Assembly: GCF_032062105.1 (NCBI RefSeq)
Contig: NW_026939314.1
Location: 1 to 64,000, forward strand
DNA length: 64,000 nucleotides
Direction: 5' to 3'
Origin: Saccostrea cucullata
Taxonomy: Eukaryota
The notes below the pieces were generated by a model. The model saw only the letters and a list, made by a program, of their open reading frames with translations, was not told where the DNA came from and made no database searches. This document shows positions 63,919 to 64,000 of this stretch, one piece after another; within the stretch, counting starts at the first letter, position 1, and the number at the start of each line of letters is the position of its first letter. The position numbers and the translations under genes are program-made.

Positions 63919-64000
63919 GTCAGTGTATAAAACTGTCATATTCCCTTTATGTATTATGGGACTGATTGTCAAAACAACATTTTGTAAATATTTCATGTCA

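Larger units (their letters stand above)
57612..64000. mobile_element. Putative left end of a Polinton/Maverick (large self-synthesising transposon/endogenous virus), continuing beyond the window
   Basis: A third copy of the host duplicated segment (57390-57611, matching 18060-18264 and ~51430-51584) stops abruptly and is followed by AGTAGTAAGGGGGG and a GC-rich repetitive terminus. AGT-repeat termini are typical of Polintons. No core genes are visible in the window. Confidence 0.55.

Overview
AT-rich, intron-containing animal genomic DNA, very probably an oyster (Crassostrea/Magallana-like). This is inferred from the ~166-bp Cg170-type satellite and the bivalve-style repeat families. Host genes: a 5-exon secreted fibrinogen-related (FReD) gene with an N-terminal PAN/apple-like module (9207-12059, one frameshift), two decayed C-type lectin copies inside a ~7-kb segmental duplication, and an orphan terminal exon at 37432-37616. 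Most of the rest is transposon debris: CR1/L2-type LINE, Penelope-like RT 3' fragments, two copies of a headless SINE-like element, Helentron/HINE elements (four apparently nested), EnSpm-, AcademH-, mariner- and Transib-like MITEs, and minisatellites. Two things stand out. (1) At 57612 a duplicated host segment is cut by an AGTAGT-starting, GC-rich terminus typical of a Polinton/Maverick. It is followed by a 4-exon gene encoding a 271-aa protein with RNA Pol II CTD-like YSPVSP heptads, NLS-like and SUMO motifs, and by a divergently transcribed secreted Cys-rich protein with tandemly duplicated mucin exons. (2) Bases ~43.2-47.5 kb are a fine-scale interleaving of the 40-43 kb segment with a BEL/Pao gag-pol, most likely a consensus/polishing artefact. 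All calls come from reading the sequence by eye; no database searches were run.
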